Positions 19,431 through 31,200 of a stretch of 64,000 bases of DNA are shown piece after piece. This stretch comes from Patescibacteria group bacterium (GTDB taxonomy: Bacteria; Patescibacteriota; Microgenomatia; UBA1400; PJMF01): the NCBI GenBank assembly GCA_049322655.1, contig JBMORP010000006.1:384410-448409 (forward strand), given 5' to 3'. Made by a program: the position numbers and the translations under genes. Within the stretch, counting starts at the first letter, position 1; each line of letters begins with the position of its first letter. The notes beneath the pieces were generated by a model that was not told the DNA's origin, ran no database searches, and worked only from the letters and a program-made list of their open reading frames with translations.

Positions 19431-19952
19431 TCAAAATTTAACATTTTCTGTCATTGTTTTCTGACCAATAAAAGCTACTACATCCACAGTTGGATCAAAC
19501 ACTTCTATTAAATCAAGATCAGACCTATCCAATATTTTTAATCCTTCTATTTCTTTTCCAGACAACAATGATCGCTTTAATTTCTTGTAACGACTGGGTT
19601 CCATATAAAAATCAAGATCTCCCACCTGATTGTGTTCAATATCATTTTTACGAATATAGAGATATGTATAAGTAGTTTTTGGAATATTATTTTCTGCTGA
19701 AATAACTATCGGTTGATACAAACGAAAATATTTTTTATTCCAATTGTCAGAAGAATCCGTAAGTTCCTCTCTCATCTTAGTTAAAAAATTAAATTCGTCA
19801 TCATCATGACAAAAAATTCCAATATTACCTGCTACTGGCAAAATATAACCAAGCTTTTGTTTACATAATTCAAAGGATTTAAAATGAACATGCTTAATTG
19901 CTCTTAACAACTCTGCTTGAGTTTTAATGGGACTAAAACGAAAAGATTTCAT
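19431..19952 (-). CDS. Hypothetical protein (173 aa), no recognisable domain
   Basis: An uninterrupted ORF packed between the Nudix gene and the tuf terminator. It has no motif I can assign. Confidence 0.45.
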   Translation of the reverse strand: MKSFRFSPIKTQAELLRAIKHVHFKSFELCKQKLGYILPVAGNIGIFCHDDDEFNFLTKMREELTDSSDNWNKKYFRLYQPIVISAENNIPKTTYTYLYIRKNDIEHNQVGDLDFYMEPSRYKKLKRSLLSGKEIEGLKILDRSDLDLIEVFDPTVDVVAFIGQKTMTENVKF

Positions 19953-19984
19953 AGCAAAATTCTATCATTAAACTTTAAACTACC

Positions 19985-20013
19985 AAAAACCCCGCCTTGT
20001 GAGCGGGGTTTTC
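19985..20013. terminator. Intrinsic terminator downstream of tuf (bidirectional hairpin)
   Basis: AAAAACCCCGCC ttgtga GCGGGGTTTTC. It is 20 nt after the tuf stop, with U-rich tracts on both strands. Confidence 0.6.
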
Positions 20014-20033
20014 TATTTCGGTTCAACCTAAGA

Positions 20034-21230
20034 TTATTTAACAATCTTAGTGATAGCCCCAGCTCCGACAGTGATTCCACCTTCACGGATAGCAAATCTT
20101 AAACCTTCGTTCACAGCAACTGGAGCGATAAGTTTGACATGCATCTTGGCGTTATCACCAGGCATAACCATCTCTACACCATCTGGGAGAGTGATTTCAC
20201 CAGTAACGTCAGTTGTTCTGATGTAAAACTGAGGTTTGTAACCACTGAAGAATGGTTTGTGACGACCACCTTCTTCTTTTTTCAAGATATAAACCTCGGC
20301 ATCAAACTCAACATGAGGAGTAATGCTACCTGGTTTAGCCAAAACTTGACCACGTTGGATATCATCTTTATCAACACCTCTCAACAAGATACCAACATTA
20401 TCACCAGCTTGACCTTCATCGAGTAATTTACGGAACATTTCAACTCCGGTAACAACACTCTTAGAAGTATCTTTGAAACCAACCATTTCGATTTCTTCAC
20501 CAACTTTGACTTTACCAGAAGCGATTCTTCCAGTAGCCACTGTACCACGACCTTTAATAGAGAAGACATCTTCAACAGGCATCAAGAATGGCTTATCAAG
20601 ATCACGAACTGGTTCTGGAATGTATGCATCAACTTGGTTCATGAGCTCCATCACTTGATCTTGAGCAGCAGCATCACCTTCCAAAGCTTTAAGAGCTGAC
20701 ACACGAACAACTGGAGTGTTATCGCCATCAAAACCATATTTACTCAAAAGCTCACGGACTTCCATTTCAACTAAATCAAGAAGTTCAGCATCATCAACCA
20801 TGTCGCATTTGTTCAAAGCAACGATCAATTTTGGCACGTTAACTTGATTAGCCAAAAGGATGTGTTCACGAGTTTGTGGCATTGGACCATCGGTAGCAGC
20901 CACAACCAAGATAGCACCATCCATTTGAGCAGCACCAGTGATCATGTTTTTGATGTAGTCAGCGTGACCTGGAGCATCAATATGAGCATAGTGTCTCTTG
21001 TCAGTTTCATATTCAATGTGAGAAATATTGATGGTCACACCACGAGCAGCTTCTTCTGGGGCGTTATCAATATCTAAATAGCCTAAAGCCTTGTTGGTAT
21101 CACAAGGAACTTTAGCTGCCAAAGTGGCAGTAATAGCAGCGGTCAAAGTGGTTTTACCATGATCAACGTGACCAATGGTTCCAATATTGACGTGAGGTTT
21201 GCTTCGGACAAATTTTTTACTGTCAGACAT
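20034..21230 (-). CDS. tuf: Elongation factor Tu
   Basis: 398 aa; [15 protein letters not shown] is the G1 motif. Confidence 0.97.
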   Translation of the reverse strand: MSDSKKFVRSKPHVNIGTIGHVDHGKTTLTAAITATLAAKVPCDTNKALGYLDIDNAPEEAARGVTINISHIEYETDKRHYAHIDAPGHADYIKNMITGAAQMDGAILVVAATDGPMPQTREHILLANQVNVPKLIVALNKCDMVDDAELLDLVEMEVRELLSKYGFDGDNTPVVRVSALKALEGDAAAQDQVMELMNQVDAYIPEPVRDLDKPFLMPVEDVFSIKGRGTVATGRIASGKVKVGEEIEMVGFKDTSKSVVTGVEMFRKLLDEGQAGDNVGILLRGVDKDDIQRGQVLAKPGSITPHVEFDAEVYILKKEEGGRHKPFFSGYKPQFYIRTTDVTGEITLPDGVEMVMPGDNAKMHVKLIAPVAVNEGLRFAIREGGITVGAGAITKIVK

Positions 21231-21296
21231 ATTTTCTCCTTTTTTATTTGTACTTTTTCTTTTACTACTTTCTACTTAATTTAGAACGAAAAAACA

Positions 21297-23432
21297 CTAA
21301 CGAACGTGTGCTCCTTTGCGTTCTTCTACGATTTTATCAGTAATGCTTTTTGGTACTTCCTCATAATGACTTGGTAACAACACACTACTAGCACGACCTT
21401 GAGTCATGCTTCTCAAGATTGTAACATAGCCTTGCATCTCTGCCAACGGAACAAGCGCCGTAATAATCACTGCTTTACCTCTGTTGGTAGTACCTTGGAT
21501 TTGAGCTCTTTTACTACCCAAATCACCAATCACATCACCCATAAATTCTTCAGGTGTGGTGACTTCAAGTTTCATGATTGGTTCAATCAGCACCATTCCA
21601 GCTGTCTTCATGGCTTCACGCATACCCAAGGAACCAGCCATCTTAAAAGCCAATTCACTTGAGTCAACATCGTGGTAAGAACCATCATAAAGAGCAACTT
21701 TAATATCGGTCATTGGATAGCCAGCCAAGAAACCTCTTTCTAAAGATTCTTGAATACCTTTGTTGGTTGGCTCAATGTATTCACGAGGCACAACTCCACC
21801 GGTAATCTCATTAACAAATTCATAACCAGTTCCACGATCCTTTGGTTCAACTCTCAGTAAAACGTGACCATATTGACCACGGCCACCAGTTTGTTTGATG
21901 TATTTACCCTCGCCTTCAGTCACCTTAGTAATGGTTTCACGGTAAGCAACTTGAGGAGCTCCAACATCGGCATCAACATTAAACTCTCTTTTCATCCGAT
22001 CAACAATGATCTCCAAATGAAGTTCACCCATACCACCAATAATGGTCTGACCAGTTTCATGGTCAACCTTAATGGAAAAGGTGGGATCTTCTTCAGAAAG
22101 TTTATTCAGAGCTAGTCCCATTTTTTCTTGGTCAGATTTAGTCTTTGGCTCAATTGCCAATGAGATCACTGGCTCAGCAAAAGTAATACCTTCCAAGATA
22201 ATTGGATCATTTTCATCAGAAAGAGTATCGCCTGTTTTGGTTTCTTTCAAACCAACAACGGCCACAATCTCACCAGCTTTGGCTTCACTGATTTCCTCAC
22301 GCTTATTAGCGTGCATCAGTAACAACCGACCCACTCTTTCTTTTTCGTCCTTAGAAGAGTTATAAACATAACTGCCAGCTTTCAACACACCAGAGTAAAC
22401 ACGGAAGTAAGTTAACTTACCAACGTGAGGATCAGTTTGAATTTTGAAAGCCAAGCCAGCAAATTTTTCCTCTGGAATTAATTTACGAGTAATTTTTTCT
22501 TCTGAATTGGGTTTGGTACCTTCAATATGATCAATATCCATTGGTGATGGCAAATATTCGACCACGGCATCCAATAACACTTGGATACCAGTATTTTTCA
22601 AAGAAGAACCAGCAAAAACAGGTACCAACTTATAGCTAATTACGGCCTTACGAAGGGCTGTTTTTAGTTCAGCCACAGTAATTTCTTCTTCGTTAAAGAA
22701 TTTTTCCATCAAAGCATCATCGGTTTCAGCAATAGCTTCAACCAAGTTGGCTCTCATTTCTTCAGCTTTAGCACGATATTCTTCGGGAATTTCCATGATC
22801 TCTGGTTCAGTGGCAGCAGCATGATCTTTCCAAAAAAGAGCTTTCATCTCCAAGAGTTGAATTACTCCCTTGAAGTCATTTTCAGCTCCCATTGGCATTA
22901 CCATCACTGCTGGAGTTACACCAAACTTATCACGGATATCTTGAATAGTAGCCAAAAAGTCGGCTCCTAATTTATCCATTTTATTGACAAAACAAACCCG
23001 AGGCACATTGTATTTATCAGCTTGACGCCAGACTGTTTCAGATTGTGATTGCACACCTTCTGAAGCATCTAATACCGTTACCCCACCATCCAAAACACGT
23101 AAAGAGCGTTCTACCTCAGCGGTAAAATCAACATGGCCTGGTGTATCAATGATATTAAAACGATATTCTTCATTTGGAAGATTACTTTCAAAGTATGGTT
23201 TCCAGAAGGCAGTCGTGGCAGCAGACACAATGGTAATACCACGTTCTTGCTCTTGAGCCATCCAATCCATAGTGGCAGCTCCCTCATGAACTTCGCCAAT
23301 TTTATAGTTTTTTCCAGTATAAAAAAGGATTCTCTCAGTCGTGGTAGTTTTACCTGCGTCAATGTGAGCAATGATTCCAATGTTTCTTACTCTTTCCAAT
23401 GGAACTCGTTTATTAGCTGATTTGTCTGACAT
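21297..23432 (-). CDS. fusA: Elongation factor G
   Basis: 711 aa; [15 protein letters not shown]. Confidence 0.97.
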   Translation of the reverse strand: MSDKSANKRVPLERVRNIGIIAHIDAGKTTTTERILFYTGKNYKIGEVHEGAATMDWMAQEQERGITIVSAATTAFWKPYFESNLPNEEYRFNIIDTPGHVDFTAEVERSLRVLDGGVTVLDASEGVQSQSETVWRQADKYNVPRVCFVNKMDKLGADFLATIQDIRDKFGVTPAVMVMPMGAENDFKGVIQLLEMKALFWKDHAAATEPEIMEIPEEYRAKAEEMRANLVEAIAETDDALMEKFFNEEEITVAELKTALRKAVISYKLVPVFAGSSLKNTGIQVLLDAVVEYLPSPMDIDHIEGTKPNSEEKITRKLIPEEKFAGLAFKIQTDPHVGKLTYFRVYSGVLKAGSYVYNSSKDEKERVGRLLLMHANKREEISEAKAGEIVAVVGLKETKTGDTLSDENDPIILEGITFAEPVISLAIEPKTKSDQEKMGLALNKLSEEDPTFSIKVDHETGQTIIGGMGELHLEIIVDRMKREFNVDADVGAPQVAYRETITKVTEGEGKYIKQTGGRGQYGHVLLRVEPKDRGTGYEFVNEITGGVVPREYIEPTNKGIQESLERGFLAGYPMTDIKVALYDGSYHDVDSSELAFKMAGSLGMREAMKTAGMVLIEPIMKLEVTTPEEFMGDVIGDLGSKRAQIQGTTNRGKAVIITALVPLAEMQGYVTILRSMTQGRASSVLLPSHYEEVPKSITDKIVEERKGAHVR

Positions 23433-23530
23433 ATTTTTACCTTTTAAAAATAATTTCCATAACTAAACCCACACCCATTCTTCATAACAAGAAGATTCCC
23501 CTGCCAGGAATACTGAGTGCGGTAATTCTT

Positions 23531-24007
23531 TTACCAACGGAAGTGAGAGAAAGCCTTATTGGCTTCTGCCATTCTGTGTGAAGTCAATTTCTTCTCTATT
23601 GCACCACCGGTGTTCTCCAATGCATCGAGAATCTCTGCGGATAACTTTTCTGCATAGGAGTGAAATTCTTTGTTTGAACGTTTGTTGGATTCTAATACCA
23701 GCCAACGAATAGCCAATGAAGTAGCTCTTCTAGTTTGAACAGGCATTGGCACTTGATAAGATGCGCCACCAACTCTTCTAGAACGAACTTCCATTTGTGG
23801 AGTAATGTTAGCAACAGCTGCCTCTAAAACTTCAACTGGTTGCTTTTTTGTTTTATCAGCGGCAATTTCTAAGGCAGTATAAACTTGTTTCTGAGCAACA
23901 GATTTTTTACCATCCTTCATTGAACGGCTAATCAACTTGGCCACTAAAACTGAATTATACTTAGCGTCAGGAGAAACTTCGCGGAGTTTAGCTTTTTTTG
24001 TTCTCAT
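23531..24007 (-). CDS. rpsG: 30S ribosomal protein S7
   Basis: 158 aa, homologous to S7, within str operon order. Confidence 0.93.
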   Translation of the reverse strand: MRTKKAKLREVSPDAKYNSVLVAKLISRSMKDGKKSVAQKQVYTALEIAADKTKKQPVEVLEAAVANITPQMEVRSRRVGGASYQVPMPVQTRRATSLAIRWLVLESNKRSNKEFHSYAEKLSAEILDALENTGGAIEKKLTSHRMAEANKAFSHFRW

Positions 24008-24010
24008 GCT

Positions 24011-24424
24011 TTATTTTCCTCTTTTCACACCATACTTACTGCGACTGGTTTTACGACCTTCAACACCAGCACAATCAAACTTACCACGAACTACATGGTA
24101 CTTCACACCTGGTAAATCTTTTACCCGGCCCCCACGGATCATCACCACACTGTGTTCAGCAAGATTATGACCTTCACCTTGAATATAAGCAGTCACTTCC
24201 ATACGATTAGATAAACGCACACGAGCAACCTTACGCAAAGCTGAGTTAGGTTTCTTTGGAGTCATGGTTTTAACCACAGTACAAACACCTCTTTTTTGAG
24301 GGTTATTGGTTTTTACAGGTTTACCAGTAATTGAGTTGAAAGATCTTCTCAAAGCAGCAGCTTTAACTCGCTTGGATCGATCGATTCTTCCACCTTTTCT
24401 GATAAGTTGATTAATTGTAGGCAT
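24011..24424 (-). CDS. rpsL: 30S ribosomal protein S12
   Basis: [13 protein letters not shown] ... [11 protein letters not shown] matches S12. Confidence 0.96.
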   Translation of the reverse strand: MPTINQLIRKGGRIDRSKRVKAAALRRSFNSITGKPVKTNNPQKRGVCTVVKTMTPKKPNSALRKVARVRLSNRMEVTAYIQGEGHNLAEHSVVMIRGGRVKDLPGVKYHVVRGKFDCAGVEGRKTSRSKYGVKRGK

Positions 24425-24529
24425 AAATTTCTTTTATTTCCTTACTTCGATTTTCAGATTGTGGGATTGTAACATGACGCGGTTAGTTTTACCACTCGAT
24501 GTTACAGCCCACCATCTCCTAATTCATTT

Positions 24530-27500
24530 TTATATCTCGCGAGCCCGCTCTTCACTGGTAGGGATCAATCTACCAATAATCACGTTCTCCTTCAATCCTT
24601 CCAAAGTATCGACTTTGCCAGCAGATGCTGCATCGGTTAACACATGTTTGGTGTGTTGGAATGATGCGGCGGAAAGCCAAGAATGGGTAAAGAGTGAAGA
24701 TCTAGTAATACCAAGTAACAAAACTTTAGCTGTAGCAGGTTCACCACCAGCAGCCATGGTTTCATCATTGATCGCCATAAAGCGACTACGTTCAACAATT
24801 TCTCCTGTTAAGAAATCGGTATCACCACTCATCTCGATTCTAACTTTATCACCCATTTTACGGGCAATTACCTCGAAATGTCGGTCGTTAATCCCAATTC
24901 CCTGAGATTCATAAACTGCCTGAACTTGGTCAACAATGTGTTGTTGTGCATACATCAAACCCTGAAGTTGTAATAACTCTTGGATATCAGCTCCACCTGA
25001 AGTCAACATTTGACCAGGATGAACTAAATCTCCATTTTCCACCAACAAACTTCTGTTAGCTGGAATAATGTGCTCTTCTTCCTCTTTTGGTGGAGTAGTT
25101 GAGGTAATGGTGATGATTTTGTCATCATCATTCTCTTCAATTTTAACTTTTCCAGCAATTCTAGCCACAAAAGCAGCTAGTTTGGGATTACGAGCTTCCA
25201 AAAGTTCTTCAACACGAGGTAAACCTTGAGTCACATCAAGACCAACGATACCTCCAGAGTGCTTAACCCGCATGGTCAACTGAGTACCAGGTTCACCAAT
25301 AGATTGAGCAGCAATCACACCCACTGGAACACCGATATCGACTTTGTCTCTGGTGGAAAAATCCCAACCATAACAAGTCTGACAAAGACCTTTTCTAGCC
25401 TCACAAGTAAGAGGGGATCTAACCATTACTGTCTCGATTTTGTCATTAAGATCAATAACTTTAGTTAAATCATCATTAAGGAAATCACCTTTTTTAGCAA
25501 TTACCTTGTTACCATCTTTAACATCGTCAGCTAGATAACGACCCAAAATGCGGTTGTAGAAAGCATCTCGACGAGTAGCCTTAGAGATCTCGATTCCTTT
25601 AGTGGTCTCACAGTCTTCCATTCTAATAATGGCATCATGAGCCACGTCACTCAAACGACGAGTAAGGTAACCAGCGTCTGCAGTCTTGATAGCTGAGTCA
25701 GTTAAACCTTTTCTAGAACCACGAGCGGAAGTGACATATTCGAAAATAGTTAAACCTTGTCTAAAGTTAGACTTAGTTGGCATTTCCACGATGTTGCCCA
25801 ACGGATCAACCACCAAACCACGCATCGCAGCCAACTGTTTAACCTGATCTTTGGAAGCACGAGTACCTCCAGAATCGATCATTACTTTCACAGCATTGTC
25901 ATCATCGTAAGAATCCCAAGTTTTCTCAGCTAATTCTTCGGTAGTTTCCATCCAAATCTCGATACCTTTTCTACGACGTTCATCATCAGTGATTAAACCT
26001 TGTAAGTAACTATCCTGAACCTTTTCAACTCGTTTGTTAGCTTTATCAATAATGGCTGGCTTCTCATCAATCATCTTACAGTCAGTCACAGACACTGATA
26101 AACCAGATCTGGTAGCAGCTTCAAAACCAAGGTTTTTGATTGAGTCAATTAATCTAGCAACTTTATCATCGTCATAGTTTTCGATGGCTCGAGTCACTAA
26201 TTCTTTGATGTCTTTAGCCTTGACTGGCTCATTAACGAACTCAGCTTCTTCTGGAAGTAAGTCGTTAAATCTCAATCTACCGACTGAAGTTACCACCAAA
26301 CCTTTACCTGGTAATCTAATGGTAATAGCTTGTCTTAAACTGAGTAAGCCTACTTGGTAAGCATGATAAGCTTCATCTTTAGAAGCAAAAACTACTGGAA
26401 ATTTACCTAATTTTTCATCTAGTGAAGTGTAATAGAAAACACCCATTGCCATTTCCTTATTAGGCACAGTAATAGGCTCACCATTAGCTGGTTTGAGTAA
26501 GTTGTGGGTAGCCATCATCAACTCTTCAGCCTCTTGACGAGCTTCTTTAGTCAAAGGTACATGAACAGCCATCTGATCGCCATCAAAGTCAGCGTTATAC
26601 CCAGAACAAACACAAGGATGCAGTCTAATAGCACTACCTTCAATCAATTGAGGATAGAAAGCCTGCATACCCAATTTGTGTAAGGTTGGCGCACGGTTCA
26701 AAATCACAGGGTGATTAGCCGTCACTTTTTCTAACACATCATAAACTTCTGGTTCACGACGATCAACTAAATGACGAGCACTCTTTACATTGGGTGCTAC
26801 GCCTTGAACAATTAATTCACGTAAAACATAAGGCTTGAACATCTCCAAAGCCATATCTTTTGGTAAACCACATTGATCAAGTCTTAATTCTGGACCAACC
26901 ACAATGACACTACGACCAGAATAATCAACACGTTTACCCAATAAGTTTTGACGGAAACGACCTTGTTTACCACGCAACATTTCGGACAGTGATCTCAATG
27001 GTCTTCGGTTTGATCTTCTTCTGGTTTGACGAGCCTGACTACTATCGATCAAAGAATCAACAGCTTCCTGAAGCATACGTTTTTCATTCCGTAAAATGAT
27101 TTCAGGGGCTCCCAAATTGATTAAGTGTTTTAAACGGTTGTTACGGTTAATTACTCTGCGATAAAGATCATTTAGATCTGAAGAAGCAAATCTCCCACCA
27201 GATAATTGAACCATTGGGCGCAAGTCTGCTGGCAAGACTGGCAAAACACTTAAAAACATCCAAGAAGGATCAATGTTAGCTTTTTTAAAGCCTTCAACTA
27301 CTCTCAATCTCTTGGTAGCTTTAACTCTTTTAGCTCCCTTGCTTTCAGCCATCTCGCCACGAAGTTGCTCCACCAAGGAATCCATATCTACTTGCTTAAC
27401 TAACTCAAGGATACTTTCAGCACCCATGCCTACTCTCAAATGAGCTGCGGCATCATATTCATCAAGCTTAAGATATTCATCTTCACTTAAAATACTTTGT

Positions 27501-28216
27501 TTTTTGATCTTTTTAACCAAAGTCTTGATGGTCTTAAAGATTTCAGCGGTTTGTTCCAACTGAAGTTCTAGTTGTTGTTTAACATTAGAAAGACTTTGTT
27601 TGGCTTTGAGCTTGAGTTCTTCCAATTTTAATTGAAGGGTTTCCTTACTCTTAACTTTTTCTTTCAAAGTCGCAACATCTTTTTCCAACTGATCTTGAAT
27701 CTTTTGGATATCTTTTTCTGCTGTCTCTTTGAGTTCATCTTGAGCTGCCACCAAATTAACTTCCAAACGATCATTGACCTCTTTTTTCTCATCTTCATCA
27801 ACTTCCAAAACGATATATTGGGAAAAATACATGATGGAGTTGAGATTTCTTGGAGAGATATCCAACAGTAATGATAATTTAGAAGGAGCTCCTTTGAAGA
27901 ACCAGATATGAGCAGCTGGAGCAGCCAAAGTAATATGAGCCATTCGTTCGCGACGCACTTTGGATTGAGTTACCTCAACACCACATTTGTCACAGACAAT
28001 ACCCTTATAGCGAATACGTTTGTATTTACCACAGTAACACTCATAATCTTTAACCGGACCAAAGATTTTCTCGTCAAAGAGACCATCTTTCTCTGGTTTT
28101 AGAGAACGATAGTTAATGGTTTCTGGTTTTTTGACCTCACCGTTTGACCAGTTTAAAATCTCTTCTGGAGAAGCGATACCAATTTGTAAAGCTGAAAAGT
28201 CGATAATATTTTTCAT
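24530..28216 (-). CDS. rpoC: DNA-directed RNA polymerase beta-prime subunit
   Basis: NADFDGDQMAVH is the catalytic motif and the zinc-ribbon Cys residues are present. I set the start to the ATG (MKNIIDF) preceded by AAGGAAAC. The track start at 28264 would overlap rpoB by 23 nt. Confidence 0.95.
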   Translation of the reverse strand: MKNIIDFSALQIGIASPEEILNWSNGEVKKPETINYRSLKPEKDGLFDEKIFGPVKDYECYCGKYKRIRYKGIVCDKCGVEVTQSKVRRERMAHITLAAPAAHIWFFKGAPSKLSLLLDISPRNLNSIMYFSQYIVLEVDEDEKKEVNDRLEVNLVAAQDELKETAEKDIQKIQDQLEKDVATLKEKVKSKETLQLKLEELKLKAKQSLSNVKQQLELQLEQTAEIFKTIKTLVKKIKKQSILSEDEYLKLDEYDAAAHLRVGMGAESILELVKQVDMDSLVEQLRGEMAESKGAKRVKATKRLRVVEGFKKANIDPSWMFLSVLPVLPADLRPMVQLSGGRFASSDLNDLYRRVINRNNRLKHLINLGAPEIILRNEKRMLQEAVDSLIDSSQARQTRRRSNRRPLRSLSEMLRGKQGRFRQNLLGKRVDYSGRSVIVVGPELRLDQCGLPKDMALEMFKPYVLRELIVQGVAPNVKSARHLVDRREPEVYDVLEKVTANHPVILNRAPTLHKLGMQAFYPQLIEGSAIRLHPCVCSGYNADFDGDQMAVHVPLTKEARQEAEELMMATHNLLKPANGEPITVPNKEMAMGVFYYTSLDEKLGKFPVVFASKDEAYHAYQVGLLSLRQAITIRLPGKGLVVTSVGRLRFNDLLPEEAEFVNEPVKAKDIKELVTRAIENYDDDKVARLIDSIKNLGFEAATRSGLSVSVTDCKMIDEKPAIIDKANKRVEKVQDSYLQGLITDDERRRKGIEIWMETTEELAEKTWDSYDDDNAVKVMIDSGGTRASKDQVKQLAAMRGLVVDPLGNIVEMPTKSNFRQGLTIFEYVTSARGSRKGLTDSAIKTADAGYLTRRLSDVAHDAIIRMEDCETTKGIEISKATRRDAFYNRILGRYLADDVKDGNKVIAKKGDFLNDDLTKVIDLNDKIETVMVRSPLTCEARKGLCQTCYGWDFSTRDKVDIGVPVGVIAAQSIGEPGTQLTMRVKHSGGIVGLDVTQGLPRVEELLEARNPKLAAFVARIAGKVKIEENDDDKIITITSTTPPKEEEEHIIPANRSLLVENGDLVHPGQMLTSGGADIQELLQLQGLMYAQQHIVDQVQAVYESQGIGINDRHFEVIARKMGDKVRIEMSGDTDFLTGEIVERSRFMAINDETMAAGGEPATAKVLLLGITRSSLFTHSWLSAASFQHTKHVLTDAASAGKVDTLEGLKENVIIGRLIPTSEERAREI

Positions 28217-28241
28217 ATGTTTCCTTCGTAAAAGCAAATTT

Positions 28242-31200
28242 TTACGCTGCTGCTCCTTCCTCATCAGTAACTTCTTCTTCGTCTGTCTCTTCTAGATCTG
28301 TTGGCTCTGAATCTTCATCAGCTAATTCTTCACTCTCGTCTTCTGAAACCCCATCCTCTTCTAGCTCTTCTGGATCATCTGGCATTTCTTCAGGAGACAA
28401 CGGCTCAGCTGGTTGATCTTCTGGATCATCTTCTTCTTCGGAATCAATTGGGTTAACAGTCAAAGCTAAAGAATTTAACTCTCTCATTAACACTTTAAAT
28501 GACTCAGGTACAGAAGGAGCTGGAATATCATCACCCTTGACCATTGCTTCGAAAGCATTTGCTCTACCACGAACATCATCAGATTTGATGGTCAACATTT
28601 CTTGAAGAACATGAGCAGCACGATGTGCTTCTAAGGCCCAAACCTCCATTTCACCAAGACGTTGTCCACCCATTTGAGCTTTACCACCCAAAGGTTGTTG
28701 AGTCACCAAAGAGTAAGGTCCAGTTGAGCGAGCATGAGTCTTATCTTCGACCATGTGACTTAATTTCAGCATGTAACCAATACCCACTACAGTTTGCTCG
28801 CTAAAAGCTTCTCCTGTTCTACCATCATAGAGTTGAACTTTACCAGAACCTGGTAAACCAGCTCTTTCTAGCTCTGTCCAGATTTTACTCTCATCGATTC
28901 TTTCAAAAGCTGGAATAGCCACTCTATAACCAAGTTTTTGAGCTGCCCAGCCAAGGTGAGCTTCTAACAGCTGACCAAGATTCATACGAGCTAACACTGA
29001 CAATGGTGAAATAATAATATCAATGGCAGTTCCATCTTCGAGGTGAGGCATGTCAGCCACAGGCACGACTTTGGAAATAACACCTTTGTTACCATGTCTT
29101 CCTGCTAATTTGTCACCAACCCTAATCTTTCTGATTTGAGCCACTTTAACCACTACTTCTTTCAAAGTACCTGGATCTAATTCATCACCCAAGTCACGAT
29201 CTAAAGTCTGGACGTCAATAACAGTTCCGGTTTCACCATGAGGTAATCTCAAAGAAGTATCTCTCACTTCTTTAGATTTTTCACCAAAAATTGCTCTTAA
29301 TAATCTTTCTTCTGGAGAAAGTTCAGTCTCACCTTTTGGTGCAACTTTACCCACCAAAATATCACCAGAATTAACTTGACTACCAACTCTGATAATACCT
29401 TCCATGGTTAAGTTACTTAAATAAGCCTCACTGACATTAGGAATATCATTAGTGAGTTCCTCTGGTCCAAGTCTAGTGTCCATCACCTTAGCTTTATATT
29501 CATTAATCTGGATAGAAGTCAAAGAATCATCTTTAACCAAACGATCAGAAATCACGATCGCATCTTCATAACCCAAACCATCAAATGAAGTGTAAGCAAT
29601 CAATAAATTAGTACCCAAAGAAAGTTCTCCTTCATCTGCAGAAGGACCATTAATGATCACATCACCTGGTTGAACCTTTTGGCCGGCCTTGACTGCTACA
29701 TTTTGTGAATAACAAGTACTTTGAGAAGTTCTTGCAAATTTAACAATGTGGTAGGTAACCACACCTTTGTTGTACTCCACAGTCTCACTAGTTTTATTAG
29801 CAAAAAATACCTCGGCTTCCTTATGGTTAGCTTTATCTAATTTGAGTTCAACTCTATTAGCATCAGCATACTCAACAGTTCCAGAAAATTTAGCTACCAC
29901 AGAATGGTTCATGGCAGTAGAAACTGCTTTTTCCATACCTGTGCCAACTATCGGGGCTTGAGGTTTGACCAAAGGCACAGCTTGACATTGCATGTGGGTA
30001 CCCATCAAAGCGCGGTTGGCTTCATCATTAGCGATGAATGGAATTAAAGAAGCAGAAGTACCAATCACTTGACGAGGCACAACATCGATGTATTCCACAT
30101 CGGTAATTGGACCCTCTGTAAATTGGTTCATGTGACGAATTGACACCCAATCATCTTGAATTACACCCTTATCATCGATATCAATACTGGCATGAGTAAT
30201 CTTGTAGTCTTCTTCATCATCAGCTGAAAGATAGACAATTTCATCATAATTGACCTTAACTTTGTCACCCTTTTTATCGAGTTTAAAATAAGGAGCCTCT
30301 AAGAAACCAAAATCATTAACTCTAGTATAAAGAGCTAAATATGTTACCAAACCAATGTTTGGACCTTCTGGAGAACGAACTGGACAAATACGAGAGTACT
30401 GAGAGGCATTAATATCACGCATCGAGAATGAAGCTCGCTCACGAGTAACACCACCAGAACCCATAACTGATAGTCTGCGCAAGTTATCGACTTCAGAAAG
30501 AGGATTGGTTTGATCTAAGATGGCTGATAGTCTATTTCGTCTAAAAAATTCAGAAATAGTAGCAATTAATGGTCGAGCATTTACCAAAGCAGCTGGAGTT
30601 AAAGTCTCATCGGTCTTGGTCAAAGACATTTTTTCACGAATAGATCTTTCTAATCTGATTAAACCAATGCGGAAAGCACTAGTTTGCACCAACTCACCAA
30701 CACGTCTAACACGACGATTACTCAAGTGATCAATATCATCAACTTTACCAACACCATTTTGCAATTGAATTAAGTAACGCACTGTTTCAATAATATCTTC
30801 TGGAGTCAAAACCGTAGTTTTTTCATCAGCTGATAACTTAAGACGACGATTAATTTTGTAACGACCAACCTCACCCAAATCATATCGACGAGCATCAAAG
30901 AAAAGTTGAGTCAAATACTGTTTAGCTGTTTCAAGTACAGCTGGCTCTCCGGGTCTCATTTTTTCATAAATTTCGATTAAGGCTTCAGCCTGATTACTAG
31001 TTGGATCTTTTTGGAGAGTATTTTCTAATAAACTATATTCATCTTTTTTGACAATATCCTGGAAGAGTTCTCTAATTTGCTCATCAGACTCATAGCCCAA
31101 AGCACGAAGTAACACTGTGACTGGCATCTTACGTCTGCGGTCAATCTTGACAGTCATCACATCACGACGACCAACATTAACTTCCAACCAAGAACCTCTG

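Noticed and set aside
3804-24210. Many 60-100 aa ORFs antisense to ribosomal protein, tuf, fusA and rpoBC genes in the track
   Set aside because: They are embedded antisense in highly conserved genes, have low-complexity translations and no RBS. They are typical spurious ORFs of an AT-rich genome.
28217-28264. Upstream alternative start of rpoC giving a 16-aa N-terminal extension that overlaps rpoB
   Set aside because: An ATG with an AAGGAAAC SD at 28216 gives the canonical MKNIIDF N-terminus and removes the overlap.
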